Shown one piece after another: positions 48,930 through 63,000 of a DNA stretch of 64,000 nucleotides (positions are counted from its first letter, which is position 1; the number at the start of each line of letters is the position of its first letter). Under the pieces are notes generated by a model that was not told the origin of the DNA, ran no database searches, and saw only the letters and a list, made by a program, of their open reading frames with translations. The stretch is from Camelus dromedarius (taxonomy: Eukaryota), in assembly GCF_036321535.1 (NCBI RefSeq), contig NC_087472.1, positions 101,558,001 to 101,622,000 of the forward strand, in the 5' to 3' direction. Both the position numbers and the translations under genes were made by a program.

Positions 48930-50160
48930 TTTAAACTTTGTTTTCAAATATTTTTATTTTTATTCTTACAGAGAAGTTGCAAAAATTTGTAGAGAGAGTT
49001 TCCATATACTCCTTATCTAGCTTTTCCTAGTGTTAACATCTTGCGTAACCATAGTATAGTTATTGAAACCAGGAAATTAACATTGATATATAGCATTAGC
49101 TTATCTATTAATCTTATTTAGATTTTGTCAGGTTTCCCACTAATGTCCTTTTCTGGTCCATGATTCAATCCAGGATCTCATTGTGTTCAGTTGTCAAATC
49201 TCCTTAGTCTCCCTCAATCTTTGCCTATCATGATCTTGATACTTTTGAAGAGTACTGGCCAATTATTTTCTAGAATGTCCTTCAAGTTGGAAAGTGTTTG
49301 ATGTTGTCTCATGATTAGATTGAGGTTACACATTCTTGGCAAGAATCCCACAGAAGGGTCATCTCAATGTATCACATCCGGAGGTCCATATATAGGTATG
49401 CCCATTACTGGTGATGTTAACTTTGATCACTTGATTAAGATTGTGTTTGCCAGGTTTCTGCAGCTAAAGTTACTATTTTCTCTTTGTAAGCAACTAGTAT
49501 CTTGTGGGGAGAAACTCTGAGACTGCAAATATCCTGTTTCTCAACATAATTTCACCCAACAAATTTTAGCATCTATTGATGATTACTACCTATAAAAATT
49601 GTTACTGTCATATTTGGCTAATGGTGATTTTTTAAAATTTCCATCATTATTTCTGCATTTATTAATTAGAACTCTTCTATAAGGAAGAGCTACTCCACCC
49701 CCACGTATTTATTTACTTATCCCAAATTACTTATATCAGTATAGACTCATGGATATTTATTTTATACTGTTTTTATAATCTATTACTATCATTATTTATT
49801 TTATTGTCCCAGATTTGGCCATTGGGAGCTCCTTCACGTTGGCTTCTGTGTCCTTTTCTCATGCCTCTATTAATTTTTTTTTGTACTTTCTTGCTTTTTG
49901 GCCTCTTGATGGTATTCCAGGCTTATCTTCTATTTCCCCTAGCCCAGCCCTGGAAAGGAGCCGTGGTTTCTTTTACTAGAGAATGGTATTTAGAAATGAG
50001 ATCTGAGCACTAGATGGGCTCATTGTTACCAGAGTGCCATTGCTTTTAAGGCATTCTCAGATGACAGAGCTGGGAAATACGTTTGTATACTCGTACACGT
50101 ACACATATTTATTTTGTGCCTACCCATCTGCATATATGTGTGTGTGTATGAGAGAGAGAA
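48930..50160 (-). mobile_element. Old L1 (L1MC/MD-type) 3' region
   Basis: gaagttgcaaaaa...gaaaccaggaaattaacattg...attactggtgatgttaactttgatcacttg motifs. Confidence 0.7.
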
Positions 50161-52354
50161 TATATGCATGAATTTATACTGATCCAGGAGGCTGATCTGG
50201 ATGAGGATGGTGCCATAGCTTTCGAAGAATTTAAGGCTTTGGAGAAGGTGGACGTAGAGGGGAAAATGAACATACAGTTTCTTGACTAAAAGGCTGAGAT
50301 GGATCATCCGCTGCTCTCTAGTGTCTAAGAACTGGGACATGAGAGTGCTCCTGTCTGCCAGCCCTACCCCAGGATACTGCTGCTGCCTGACAGCTCTATG
50401 TGTGCTGTGTCAGAACACACCTGCCTTTAGTGTCCGCCGGCCTTACAGAACGGCACACCCAGGCCATTTCTCTCCAGTATCCATTCACCACTTCCCCATT
50501 TACAAATATCATCTCCCCTGGTTCTGCTACTGAATGCCACACATCCATCCAGTCTGAGAAAGTGAGAGAGGGACTCATGCCAAGAACCAGCCAAGCATGT
50601 GCTCTGACTGATGCAGGCTGTAGCCGCGTGGCTTTCCCTCCCGCCAGGCTTCTGCCTGCTCCTGCTCGGCCCATATGGCCTTTGCCTCCCATTTCTCGGT
50701 CACCCAGCCTACACCATTCACTGGATCTTCCAGTCTGCCTGCTTTTTATTATGCCTCAGAGTCCCCTCTTTTCTATCTGGCACCCTGTTCAATATACATC
50801 TAACTTGACAAGGTGGTTCTGTGGTCTGGCAGCTTTTATTTACCTGTGCTCATAAATGAGCATCTGGGATGTTGTCTCCCCAGGAGCTTTTTGAGAACCA
50901 GTACTTCTCTCAGAAGAATGTGACCCTCTATTGGTCTGTCACCCTCTGCTCTGTCATCAAAGGGTGGCTGTTTGGAGATGTTGGTTCTTCAGAAAGTAAC
51001 CATAGGCCTGCAGATCTGCTCAACTTTGGGGCATTGTCACCATCAGAATACCTGCTCGGACAACATGCCTGGGGACGTTCTCATGGCTTTTTGGACACAC
51101 AGGCTGGGCACCCTGAAAGCCTCCTGTGTTCTCACCTCTGCAGCATGGCTACCACCTCAGTGTTGTGTGCTCTGGGATGTTTTTCACGTCACGTTTCCAA
51201 GGAGAAAGAGTTATGGAGTTAGAGTTACAGAGATGCCTAACTTATGCTGTCCAAGAGAGTTCAAGATCATCCTTAGTATTCTGAAGGTTTTTGCACTTGG
51301 CAAATGATTCTGTCAGGAAGAAGCAGCCACAGTAGTCAGCTCCCAGGAGAGGTCAGAGCAGCGACTGTATTGCCACATTAGCTGCCTGGTTACATTGCCT
51401 TCCTACCTCCAGTGCTCATCTTTTAGAAACGTGGGGTCTAGTAGTGGTGGCACCAGTTGAGGTAGCGTTATAGGCCTTCTGGTGAGCCAGAGCTGCTTCT
51501 CTGCCAGAGTCAGCTTAGTTTAGACCTCACTGAATCAGGCTGTTGCCATCACAACATCTAAGTCTGTTCATCCATCTATCTACCTGTGGCGGAGTTTCTC
51601 TGACGGAGCTGCGTGCTTGCTCGCTACCTTGCATGGGGAGGAAGATGTGCCCACAATTCTTCAGGAAGGGGATGGCCAGAGAACACACTGCAAAGGGAAG
51701 GGAAAGGAGTGGGGAACAGGGGAGTGGCTCATGTAGAAGTGAATGAGGAAATCCATATGGAGTGTCATTCTGGCTTTATGGTCAAGTGAGGTAGTACAGG
51801 AATTCTATAAAAGGAGAGAAATTTCTGATATCGGAATATTCAGTACCTCAGAGGCTCTCTGACCTGAATAAAGTCCCTGACTTTATGGCTTTTCCCCCTT
51901 TGGGTGGTATAGCAAATGGTTTTAGTCCATGGTTGTGCCTTATTGTTCTATTTTAGATTGTATTCATCAATCCATCAATAAATATTTGTGGTTAAAACAA
52001 AACAGAACAAAATAAAAATACTTCTTTCTGAAGTTACTTAAGTTAGCTATTTTCTTCCCCACCTTCTTCAGTGTGGTTAGGATTCTCATTTGTAATACAA
52101 TTAGGTTTATTTATTATTGTTTGTTTTGCATTTGGGGTTCTCCTTATGTTCTGGTTGATGTTAATTATTTACTTATGGGGGTATGTGAAACCTTACCTGG
52201 GTTCTGAGAGTTCGAGCCACCGCCAAAATATACTCAGAAGTGTCATTCTCCCTCGCCCTTACCACCGTCTTCCCATCCCCCCTTCTTTCTAACCTATTCC
52301 CACCCACCCCTGTTGGTAAACCGGTCTTACTGTTCTGGTTTATCCTGCCTGTCA

Positions 52355-52770
52355 AGTCAGTTTTGCTTTAACTCTTGTTTTGGAAAAGTGAATTTGTGCC
52401 AACATGATTGATATCTTAGAGGACTATTTGAGCTTAGTGTGAATTTTACGTTTGCTTACATACACTTTAATGCATAAGAAACTCAGTGAATGCAGGAACG
52501 GCAGCCAGCTGCCCCGAGCCGTGTAGTAACACACGCACTGCACAGACCTCAGACATCCCTGAGCCCCTTGGTTCGCCTCACGTGTTAGCAGCCACACCGT
52601 CTGCCCCTGGTGTTATAGCCTTCCTTCTGACCCATCCCTTCTCCTGACACCCACTCCACAAGCAAACCTCAGGGCCTTTTCTAGGTAAAGTGACACATTT
52701 ATTGTAGTATGTATCTCTTACCCATTTCATGTGTGTAAAACTGTGCTACTGTTTTTTATTAGGTTCCTAT

Positions 52771-52809
<39 letters not shown>

Positions 52810-52815
52810 GGAGGG

Positions 52816-52846
<31 letters not shown>

Positions 52847-52973
52847 GAGAGAGAAAGGCAAGCTTTTTGAGTGTTGTGCCCTGTATTCTTCATAAACTGG
52901 TTTCTATTGTGCAATTTTGCATGACGTGGAGATTTTTAAGGATGGCTATGTTGCGCTATAGCAGAATTGACTC
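52355..52973. mobile_element. Tigger-like (Tc1/mariner) non-autonomous DNA element containing a (TG)n(GA)n microsatellite at ~52772-52853
   Basis: Imperfect terminal inverted repeats gtcagttttgctttaac / gctatagcagaattgac. Confidence 0.55.
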
Positions 52974-53019
52974 TTTTAGACAAATAAGTGGATACCTGCA
53001 TATTTTCTCATATACCCTT

Positions 53020-54480
53020 TGTAACAAGAAGGGTAGCATACTCTAGACACTCCTTGGGGCTTTGCCTTTGTCACTTAAGAGTATGTCCTGGCAGTCACTC
53101 CTTATTAGCTCATCGACATCTTCCTCATTTTTTACAGCAGCATAGTACTCCACTATCTGGCTGTCCTGTAGTTTATTCCATCATTAAAGGTATATATACT
53201 ACAGAAAAGGGGCTAATATTACTAATGGATAAATACCTCTTACACACATCCTTGTGTGTATAGGCATCTTGGTTATTTCCAATATCTCATAATTGTAAAC
53301 AATACTGTGATGAATAACCTTTCTGTAGTATTGGAGATGAATGTTTAGTGGTCTTGCTAGGGCAAAAAGTGCATATGTAGTTTTGTTAGATATTGCTGAA
53401 TTCCCTTCCAGATAGGTTGTACAAAAGTTTTGATTTTCCATCAGACGTGTGTATGAGTGCCTGTCCCCTCCCCCCATTTCACCAATAGAATATGTTGTCA
53501 TATTGTTTAATTTTTGCCAACCTAACAGGTGATAAATGGTATCTGTGTTTTTTTGCATTCCTCTAATTATGAGAATGAACAGTTTTTTACCTTTAAGAAA
53601 CATTGTAATGTTATTTTCTGGATTGTCTGTTCAAGGCTTTCCCCTCCATTTTTCAGCCAGGTTTTTGCTCTTTTCCTTGTCTGTCAATTTTCAGAGCTAT
53701 TTATCTACTAGTGATATTGGTCTTTTTTTTTTCTGTGGTATGTGTCATACATATTTTCTCCCACTTTTTTTTTTTGTCTTTTGACTTTGTTTAAGGTGTT
53801 TGAGCATGCAAAAATAATTACTGTTCAAATTAATCTGTCTTCTCTTTTATTATCTCTATATTTTGAGTCAGAGAGCCTTTTCCTAGACTGAGGTCAAAGA
53901 ATAATTCCCCCCTATTTTCACCCTAGTACTTGTATAGTTGCATTTTTATGTTTAGGTCCCTGATCCTTTTGGAGTTTAATCTTGTGTATGGTGTGAAGTA
54001 TGGATCGAATTAAATGGTTCTCAACCAGGGGCAATTTTGTCTGCTGAGGGGATATTTGGCAGTGTCTGGAGACATTTCGGGTTGTCAAAACTAGGTGGAC
54101 CAGTGCTCCTGGCATCTAGTGCGTAGAGGCCAGGGAGGCTGCTAAACATCCCACAGTGCACAGGACTGTCCCCACAGCAAAGAATGATCCAACTCAAAGT
54201 GTCAGTATTGTCGAGGTTGAGTAACTCCCATAAAATTTTTTTTTCTTCAAATAAATGGCCACTCAGTTGTTCCAGCATCATTAAAAAGGAACAACCTCTA
54301 TCTTTGGCCTCAGTGTTTAGAGATACCACCTTTATCAGATGTTTTCATATATACTTGTGTGCATTTCTGGACTTTGTATTCTATTCTACTGGGATATCTG
54401 TGCCAGTACCACTCTGTTGTAATTATAAAGACTTTAAATATATTTTATATCTGGTAGGGCTAATCCTCCTTATAAGTTTC
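53020..54480 (-). mobile_element. Old degenerate L1 ORF2/3' region, interrupted by MER20
   Basis: ORF 53199..53603 has L1 ORF2 C-terminal remnants (LIIRGMQ...YHLLGW). Confidence 0.65.
54012..54228. mobile_element. MER20 hAT-Charlie MITE
   Basis: tggttctcaaccagggg...ggcagtgtctggagacattt...gaggccagggaggctgctaaacatcc. Confidence 0.88.
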
Positions 54481-54897
54481 TTTTCAGTGTTTTCCTGGCT
54501 ATTCTTTTTTTTTTTCTTAATATAATAAACTTAAAAAAAATTGCATGAAAGATTCTTTAAATTCTATAATGCTTTACAATTTTCAAGTTTCACACACATA
54601 ATTTCATATAATCCTATAATAACCTTTTGTTCCCCCTGCCCTGGTATTGGCCCTTGCTCTTCCTTCTCCCCACTGGTAACCACTGGTTTGTTCTCTATAT
54701 CTCTGAGTCTACTTCTTTTTGTTTGTTTGTTTTATTCACTAGTTTGTTGTATTTTTTAGATGCCGCATAAGTGATATCATATAGTATTTGTCTTTCTCTG
54801 TCTGACTTCTTTCACCTAGCAAAATGCCCTCCAAATCCAGCCATGTTGCTGCAAATGGCAAATTTTTGTTCTTTTCTTTGACTGAGTAGTATTCCAT

Positions 54898-54935
<38 letters not shown>

Positions 54936-57900
54936 TATACATACACATACATATACACACCACATCTTCTTTATCCAGTCATCTGTTGATGGACACAGGT
55001 TGTTTCCATATCTTGGAAAGTGGAAATAATGCTGCTATGAACATACGGGTACACGTATCTTTTCAAATTAGTGTGTATTTTTTTGTTTTGGGGGGTTTTT
55101 GTTTGTTTGTTTGTTTTTTATATATACCCAGGAGTGGAACTGCTGGGTCATATGGTGGTTCTATTTTTAGTTTTTTGAGAAACCTCCACACTGTTTTCCA
55201 CAGTGGCTGCACCAATTTACATTCCCACTAACAATGTAGGAGTTTTCTTCACACCCTCTCCAGCATTTGTTACTTGTAGACTTTTTGATGATAGCCATTC
55301 TGATCGGTGGGAGGTGATAACGTCATTACGCTTTTGATTTGCATTTCTCTAATAATTAGCAATGTTGATGTTCTTGTGCCTTTTGGCCATCTGCATTTCC
55401 TCTTTGGAAAAATGTCTATTCAGTTTTTCTGCTCCTATTTTAATTGGGTTGTTTGTTTTTTTGATGTTGAGTTGTATCAGTTGTTTATATATGTTGGATA
55501 TTAACCCCGTTATTGGTCATATTGTTTGCAAATATCTTCTCCAATACAGTAGGTCGTCTTTTAATTTTTGTTGATGGTTTCCTTTGCTGTACAAAAGCTG
55601 TTAAGTTTAATTGGGTCCCATTTGTTTATTTTTGCTTTTGTTAGCTTTAGGAGATGGATCCAAAAAAAAAAATTGCTGCAGTTCACATCAAAGAGTGTTC
55701 TGCCTATGTTTTCCTCTAGGAGTTTTATAGTATCTGGTCTTACATTTAGGTCTTTAATCCATTTTGAGTTTATTTTTGTATACAGTATTAGAGAAAGTTA
55801 TAATTTCATTGTTTTACATAGAGCTGTCTAGTTTCCCAAGCACAGATTGTTGAAAAGACTGTCTTTTCTTCATTGCATAGTCTTGATTCCTTTGTCATAG
55901 ATTAATTGACCATAAGTGTGTGGGTTTGTTTCTGGTCTCTATTCTGTTCCATTGATCTATGTGTCTGTTTTTGTGCCAATACCAAACTATTTTGATTACT
56001 GTAGCTTTGTAGTATAGTCTAAAGTCAGAGAGTGTGATTCTGCCAGCTCTGTTTTTCTTTCTCAAGATTATTTTTTACCATTTGGGGCCTTTTGTGTTTC
56101 TGTACAAATTTAGCAATTTTTGTTGTAGTTCTGTGAAAAATGCCATTGGTAGTTTGACAGAGAGTCCACTGACTCTGCAAATTGCCTTGGATAATATATT
56201 CATTTTAACAATATTGATTCTTCTAATCCAAGAACACAGTATATCTTTCCATCTGTGTCATCTTCAATTTCTTCCATCAGTGCCTTATAGTTTTCTGAAT
56301 ACAGGTCTTTTACCTCCTTAGGTAGGTTTGTTCCTAGGTATTTTATTCTTTTTGATGCGATGGTAAATGGGATTATTATCTTAATTTCTCTTTCTGGTAC
56401 TTCATTGATAGTGTATAGAAATGTGACAGATTTCTATATTTTAATTTTGTATCCTACAACTTTACCAAATTCATTGATGAACTCTAGTAGTTTTCTGGTG
56501 GCATCTTTAGGATTTTCTATGTGCATTATCATGTCATCTGAAAACAGTGAGTTTTACTACTTCTTTCCCAATTTGGATTACTTTTATTTCTTTTTCTTCT
56601 CTGATAGCTGTGCCTAGGACTTCCAAAACTATGTTGAATAAAAGTGATGAGAATGGGCATCTTTGTCTTGTTCCTAATCTTAGAGAAAGTGCTTTCAGCT
56701 TTTCACCACTGAGTATGATGTTAGCTGTAGGTTTGTGCCTTATGGCTTTTATTATGTTGTGGTATATGTTCCCTCTCTGCCCACTTTCTGGAGAGGTTTT
56801 TTTTTTTAATCATGAATGGATGTTGAACTTTATCAAAAGCTTTTTTGTTGCATCTCTTGAGATTATCATGTGGTTTTTAATTCTTCAATTTGTTAATGTG
56901 GTGTATCACATTGATTGATATGCAAATATTGAAAAATCCTTGCATTCCTGGGATAAATGTCACTTGATCGTGGTTTATGATTCTTTCAGTGTATCACTGG
57001 ATTCAGTTTGCTGGTATTTTGTTGAGGATTTTTGCATCTATGTTCATCAGTGATACTGGCTTGTAATTTTCTTATTTTGTGATATCTGTGTCTGGTTTTG
57101 GTATCAGGGTGATGCTGGCCTCACAGAATGAGTCTGCAAGTGTTCCTTCCTCTGTAATTTTTTGGAATAGTTTGAGAAGGATAGGTGTTAACTTTTCTCT
57201 TAATGTCTGGTAGAATTCACCTGTGAAGTCATCTGGTCCTGGACTTCTGTTTGTTGGGAGTTTTAAAATTACTGATTCAATTTCATTACTGGTAATTGGT
57301 CTGTATGTATTTTCTCTTTCTTCCCGGTTCAGTCTTAGGACATTGTACCTTTCTAAGAATTTGTCCATTTCTTCTAGGTTTCCATTTTATTGGCATATAG
57401 TTGTTCATAGTCTCTTATGATCCTTTGTATTTCTGCAATGTCAGTGGTAATTTCTCCTTTTTCATTTCTTATTTTATTGATTTTGACTCCCTTTTTTTCT
57501 TGATGAGTCAAGTTAAAGGTTTATCAATTTTGTCTATCTTTTCAAAGAACCAGCTTTAAATTTCATTGATCTTTTCTATTGTTTTAGTCTCTATTTCATT
57601 TATTTGTACTCTGATCTTTATGATTTTTTTCCTTCTACTAACTTAATAGATTTTGTTTGTTCTCTCTCTAGTTCCTTTAGGTGTAAGGTTAGGTTGTTTA
57701 TTTGAAGTTTTTCTTATTTCCTGGGATAAGCTTGTATTGTTATAAACTTCCCTCTTAGAACTGCTTTTGTTGCATCCCATAGGTTCTGGATCATTGTGTT
57801 TTCATTTTAATTTGTCTCTAAGTATTTTTTGATTTCTTCAATGATCCATTGTTTGGTAGCTTATTCTTTAGTCTCCACATTTTTGTGGGTTTTTGGGGTG

Positions 57901-58144
57901 GTTTTTTTTGCAGTTTTTTTCTTGTAGGTGATTTCTAGTCTTACAGCATTGTGGTCAGAAAAGATGGATATGATTTCAACTTTCTTGAAGTTACTGAGTC
58001 TTGCTTTGTGGCCTAGTATGTGATCTACCCTGGAGAGTGTTCCATGTGCACTTGAAAAGAATGTGTACTGTGCTGCTTTCGGGATGATCTGCTCTATATA
58101 TGTCAATTAAGTCCATCTGGTCTGTTTTAAAGTCTGTGTTGTCT

Positions 58145-58234
58145 GGGAGGGTGGGCAATGGCTCAGTGGTAGAATGCATGCTTAGCATGTACAAGGCCTT
58201 GGGTTCAATCCCCAGTACCTCCATAAAAAAAAAT
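58145..58234 (+). mobile_element. Camelid tRNA-derived SINE
   Basis: GGCTCAGTGGTAGAATGCATGCTTAGC...GGGTTCAATCCCCAGTACCTCC plus A tail. Confidence 0.9.
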
Positions 58235-58597
58235 ATAGTCTATTTAGTCTGATAGAAGTATTGCTATTCTGGTTTAGCATATTGCCTGCAAACTGCTATT
58301 TACATGGGATACCCTTTTCCATTCCCTCACTTTCAGTCTGTATGTGTCTCTAGATCTGAAGTGAGTCTGTTAGGCAGTATATACAAAATATATATGGGTC
58401 TTGTTTCTGTATCCATTCAGCCACTCTATGTCTTTGGGTTGGAGCATTTAGACCATTTATATTTAAGGTAATATCAACATGTATGTTCTTATTGCCATTT
58501 TGTTATTTGTTTTGGATTTATTTTTATAGATCTTTTTCCCCCTTCTTCCTTTATTCTCTTGTGATTTGATGACTATCTTTACTGTTACATTTGGATT

Positions 58598-58641
<44 letters not shown>

Positions 58642-58653
58642 ATAGATTTTTGG

Positions 58654-58798
58654 GGTTTTTTTAAATTTTTTTTTTGGTTGGAGGAGGTAATTAGGTTTAT
58701 TTATTTATTTATACTTTTTGAGGGAAGTATTGGGGATTGAACCCAGGACCTCATGCATGTGAGGCACATGCTCTACCATTGAGCTATACCCTCCCCCC
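58654..58798 (-). mobile_element. Camelid tRNA-derived SINE
   Basis: Reverse-complement A/B boxes, ending ...gagctataccctcccccc. Confidence 0.9.
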
Positions 58799-58825
58799 AT
58801 TTTTGGCTCTGTACTTTTCCCCTTA

Positions 58826-58970
58826 GGTTTTCTTTCTTTCTTTCTTTTTAACTCTTGGGGGATAGGTAATTAGGCTTATTTATTTATTTTTAATCGAGGT
58901 ACTGGGGATTGAACCCAGGACCTCATGCGTGCTAAGCAGCTTACTCCAACACTGAGCTATACCCTCCCCC
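58826..58970 (-). mobile_element. Camelid tRNA-derived SINE
   Basis: Reverse-complement A/B boxes; 16-bp TSD tatgatagatttttgg at 58638-58653 and 58971-58986. Confidence 0.9.
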
Positions 58971-59025
58971 TATGATAGATTTTTGGTTTGTAGTTACCAT
59001 GAGGTTTTTGTATAGCAGCAGTCTA

Positions 59026-59071
<46 letters not shown>

Positions 59072-60053
59072 TTGTTTTCAGTTGCTGATCTCTTAATTTC
59101 AAATGCATTTTTAAAACCCTGCATTTGTACGCACCTTCCCTCACAGTTATTATTTTTGATATCATATTTTACATCTAATTGTTTTGTGTAGCTTTTAACT
59201 GCTTATTGTGGATATGGATGATTTTACTACTTTTGTTTTTTAACCTCCCTACTAGCTTTGTGTGGGGATGATTTCCTACCTCTACTGTATGCTTGCCTTT
59301 ACTGGTGAGCTTTTCCATTTTGTAATTTTGTTTCTAGTTGTGGCATTTTCTTTTTTTGCCTAGAGAATTTCCTTTAACATTTGTTGTAAAGCTGGTTGAG
59401 TGATGTTGAATTCTTTTAGCTGTTGCTTGTCTATAAAGCTTTTGATCCCTCCATCAAATATGAAGGAGAGCCTTGCTGAATAGAGTATTCTTATTTGTAG
59501 ATTTTTCCCTTTTATCACTTTGACTATTTCGTGACACTCCCTTCTGGCCTTCGAGCTTCTGCTGAAAAATCAGCTGATAACCTTATGGGAATTCCATTTT
59601 ATGTTATTTGTTGGTTTTCCTTTGCTGCTTTTAGTATTCTCTCCTTATCTTTAATTTTTGTCATTTTAATTACAGTGTGTCTTGGCGTGTTCCTCTTTGG
59701 GTTCATCCCATATGGGACTCTCTGCACTTCCTGGACTTTGGTGAATGTTTCCTTTTCTAGATTAGAAAAGTTTTAAGCTATTATACCTTTTAAGTATTTT
59801 CTCAGGCTCTTTCTCTCTCTTCTCCTTCTGGGAACCCTGTAATACAGATATTAGTGCACTTGATACTGTCCCAGAGGTCTCTTTAATTGTCCTCATTTCT
59901 TTTCATTCTTTTTTTTTTTTTTCTGTTCAGTGGCACTGATTTCCAGCTCACTGATCCTTTCCTCTGTATCTATTAGTTTACTATTGATTCCTTCCAGTGT
60001 ATTTTTCATTTCGGTTATTGCATTCCTCATCTCTGTTTGGTTGTTCTTTGTAT

Positions 60054-63000
60054 TTTCTTTTTTTCTTTTTTTTTTCCAGTGTTCAGCACAATTTTTCAGT
60101 CATTCATGGACATATACACACTCATTGTCACATTTTTTTCTCTGTGAGTTATCATAACATTTTGTGTATATTTCCCTGTGCTATACAGTGTAATCTTGTT
60201 TATCTATTCTACAATTTTGAAATCCCAGGCTATCCCTTCCCACCCTCCACCCCCCGGTAACCACAAGTCTGTATTCTCTGTCTGTGAGTCTATTTCTGTC
60301 CTTTATTTACGCTTTGTTTTTGTTTGTTTGTTTTTGTTTTTGTTTTTTAGATTCCACATATGAGCGATCTCATATGGTATTTTTCTTTCTCTTTCTGGCT
60401 TACTTCACTTAGAATGATATTCTCCAGGAGCATCCATGTTGCTGCAAATGGCATTATGTTGTCGGTTTTTATGGCTGAGTAGTATTCCATTGTATAAATA
60501 TACCACCACTTCTTTATCCAGTCACCTGTTGATGGACATTTAGGCTGTTTCCATGTTTTGACTATTGTAAATAGTGCTGCTATGAACATTGGGGTGCAGG
60601 TGTCATCCTGAAGTAGATTTCCTTCTGGATACAAGCCCAGGAGTGGGATTCCTGGGTCATATGGTAAGTCTATTCCTAGTCTTTTGAGGAATCTCCACAC
60701 TGTTTTCCATAGTGGCTGCACCAAACTGCATTCCCACCAGCAGTGTAGGAGGGTTCCTCTTTCTCCACAGCCTCTCCAGCATTTGTCATTTGTGGATTTT
60801 TGAATGACGGCCATTCTGACTGGTGTGAGGTGATACCTCATTGTAGTTTTGATTTGCATTTCTCTGATAATTAGTGATATTGAGCATTTTTTCATGTGCT
60901 TTTTGATCATTTGTATGTCTTCCTTGGAGAATTGCTTGTTTAGGTCTTCTGCCCATTTTTGGATTGGGTTGTTTATTTTTTTCTTATTGAGTCATATGAG
61001 CTGCTTATATATTCTGGAGATCAAGCCTTTGTCGGTTTTACTTGCAAAAATTTTCTCCCATTCCCTAGGTTTTCTTCTTGTTTTACTTCTGATTTCCTTT
61101 GCTGTGCAGAAGCTTGTAAGTTTCATTAGGTCCCATTTGTTTATTCTTGCTTTTATTTCTTCTAGGAGAAAATGTTTGAGATGTATGTCAGATAATGTTT
61201 TGCCTGTTTTCCTCTAGGAGGTTTATTGTATCTTGTCTTACGTTTAAGTCTTTAATCCATTTTGAGTTGATTTTTGTATATGGTGTAAGGGAGTGTTCTA
61301 GCTTCATTGTTTTACATGCTGCTGTCCAGTTTTCCCAACACCATTTGCTGAAGAGACTGTCTTTATTCCATTGTATATTCTTGCCTCCTTTGTCGAAGAT
61401 GAGTTGACCAAAAGTTTGTGGGTTCATTTCTGGACTCTCTGTTCTGTTCCATTGGTCTATATGTCTGTTTTGGTACCAATACCATGCTGTCTTGATGACT
61501 GTAGCTCTATAGTATTGTCTGAAGTCTGGGAGAGTTATTCCTCCAGCCTCTTTCTTTCTCTTCAGTAATGCTTTGGCAATTCTAGGTCTTTGATGGTTCC
61601 ATATAAATTTTATTATGATTTGTTCTAGTTCTGTGAAATATGTCCTGGGTAATTGGATAGGGATTGCATTAAATCTGTAGATTGCCTTGGGCAGTGTGAC
61701 CATTTTAACAATATTGATTCTTCCAATCCAAGAGCATGGAATATCTTTCCATTTTTTAAAGTCTTCTTTAATTTCCTTCATCAATGGTTTATAGTTTTCT
61801 GTGTATAATTCTTTCACCTCCTTGGTTAGATTTATTCCCAGACATTTTATTACTTTGGGTGCTATTTTAAAGGGGATTGTTTCTTTACTTTCTTTTTCTG
61901 TTGATTTATCGTTAGTGTAAAGAAATGCAACTGATTTTTGAACGTTAATTTTGTAACCTGCTACCTTGCTGAATTCTTCAATCAGCTCTAGTAGCTTTTG
62001 TGTGGACCTTTTAGGGTTTTCTATATATAGTAACATGTCATCAGCATATAATGACACTTTTACCTCTTCTTTTCCAATTTGGATCCCTTTTATTTCTTTC
62101 TCTTGCCTGACTGCTGTGGCTAGGGCTTCCAGGACTATGTTGAATAGGAGTGGTGATAGTGGGCATCCTTGTCTTGTCCCAGATTTTAGTGGGAAGCTTT
62201 TGAGTTTTTCACCGTTGAGTACTATGCTGGCTGTAGGTTTGTCATATATAGCTTTTATTATGTTGAGATATGTTCCCTCTATACCTACTTTGGCGAGAGT
62301 TTTTATCATAAATGGGTGTTGAATTTTATCAAATGCTTTTTCTGCATCGATTGAGATGATCATGTGGTTTTTGTCCTTTCTCTTGTTGATGTGATGTATT
62401 ACATTGATTGATTTGCGTATGTTGAACCAGCCTTGTGTCCCTGGGATGAACCCCACTTGGTCATGATGTATAATCTTTTTTATGTGTTGTTGGATTCTAT
62501 TTGCTAAAATTTTGGTGAGGATTTTGGCGTCTATGTTCATCAGTGATATTGGCCTATAATTCTCTTTTTTTGTAGTGTCTTTGCCTGGTTTTGGTATCAG
62601 GGTGATGGTGGCTTCATAGAATGAGTTTGGGAGTATTCCCTCCTTTTCAATCGTCTGGAAGAGTTTGAGAAAACCGGTATGAGTTCTTCTTTGTATGTTT
62701 GGTAGAATTCCCCGGTGAAGCCGTCCGGTCCTGGACTTTTATTTGTAGGGAGGTTTTTAATTGCTATTTCTATTTCCTTTCTAGTGATCGGATTGTTCAA
62801 GTGTTCAGATTCTTCTTGATTCAGTTTTGGTGGACAGTATGTTTCCAGAAACTTGTCCCTCTCCTCTAGGTTATCCAGTTTGGTTCCATATAGTTTTTCA
62901 TAATATTCTCGTATGATATTCTGTATTTCTATTTTGTTTGTTGTAATTTCTCCATTTTCCTTTCTTATTTTGCTAATTTGTGCTCTCTCTTTTTTCTTCT

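Larger units (their letters stand above)
54500..60053 (-). mobile_element. Older long L1 (3'UTR, degraded ORF2, part of ORF1) carrying three SINE insertions
   Basis: ORF2-like fragments 57072..57368 (MDKFLE...[14 protein letters not shown]) and 57861..58106 (YTFFSSAHGTLSRVDHILGHK); many stops and frameshifts. Confidence 0.9.

Noticed and set aside
50282..51307. Cluster of 65-151 aa ORFs on both strands
   Set aside because: No recognisable homology or exon structure; expected by chance in moderately GC-rich intron
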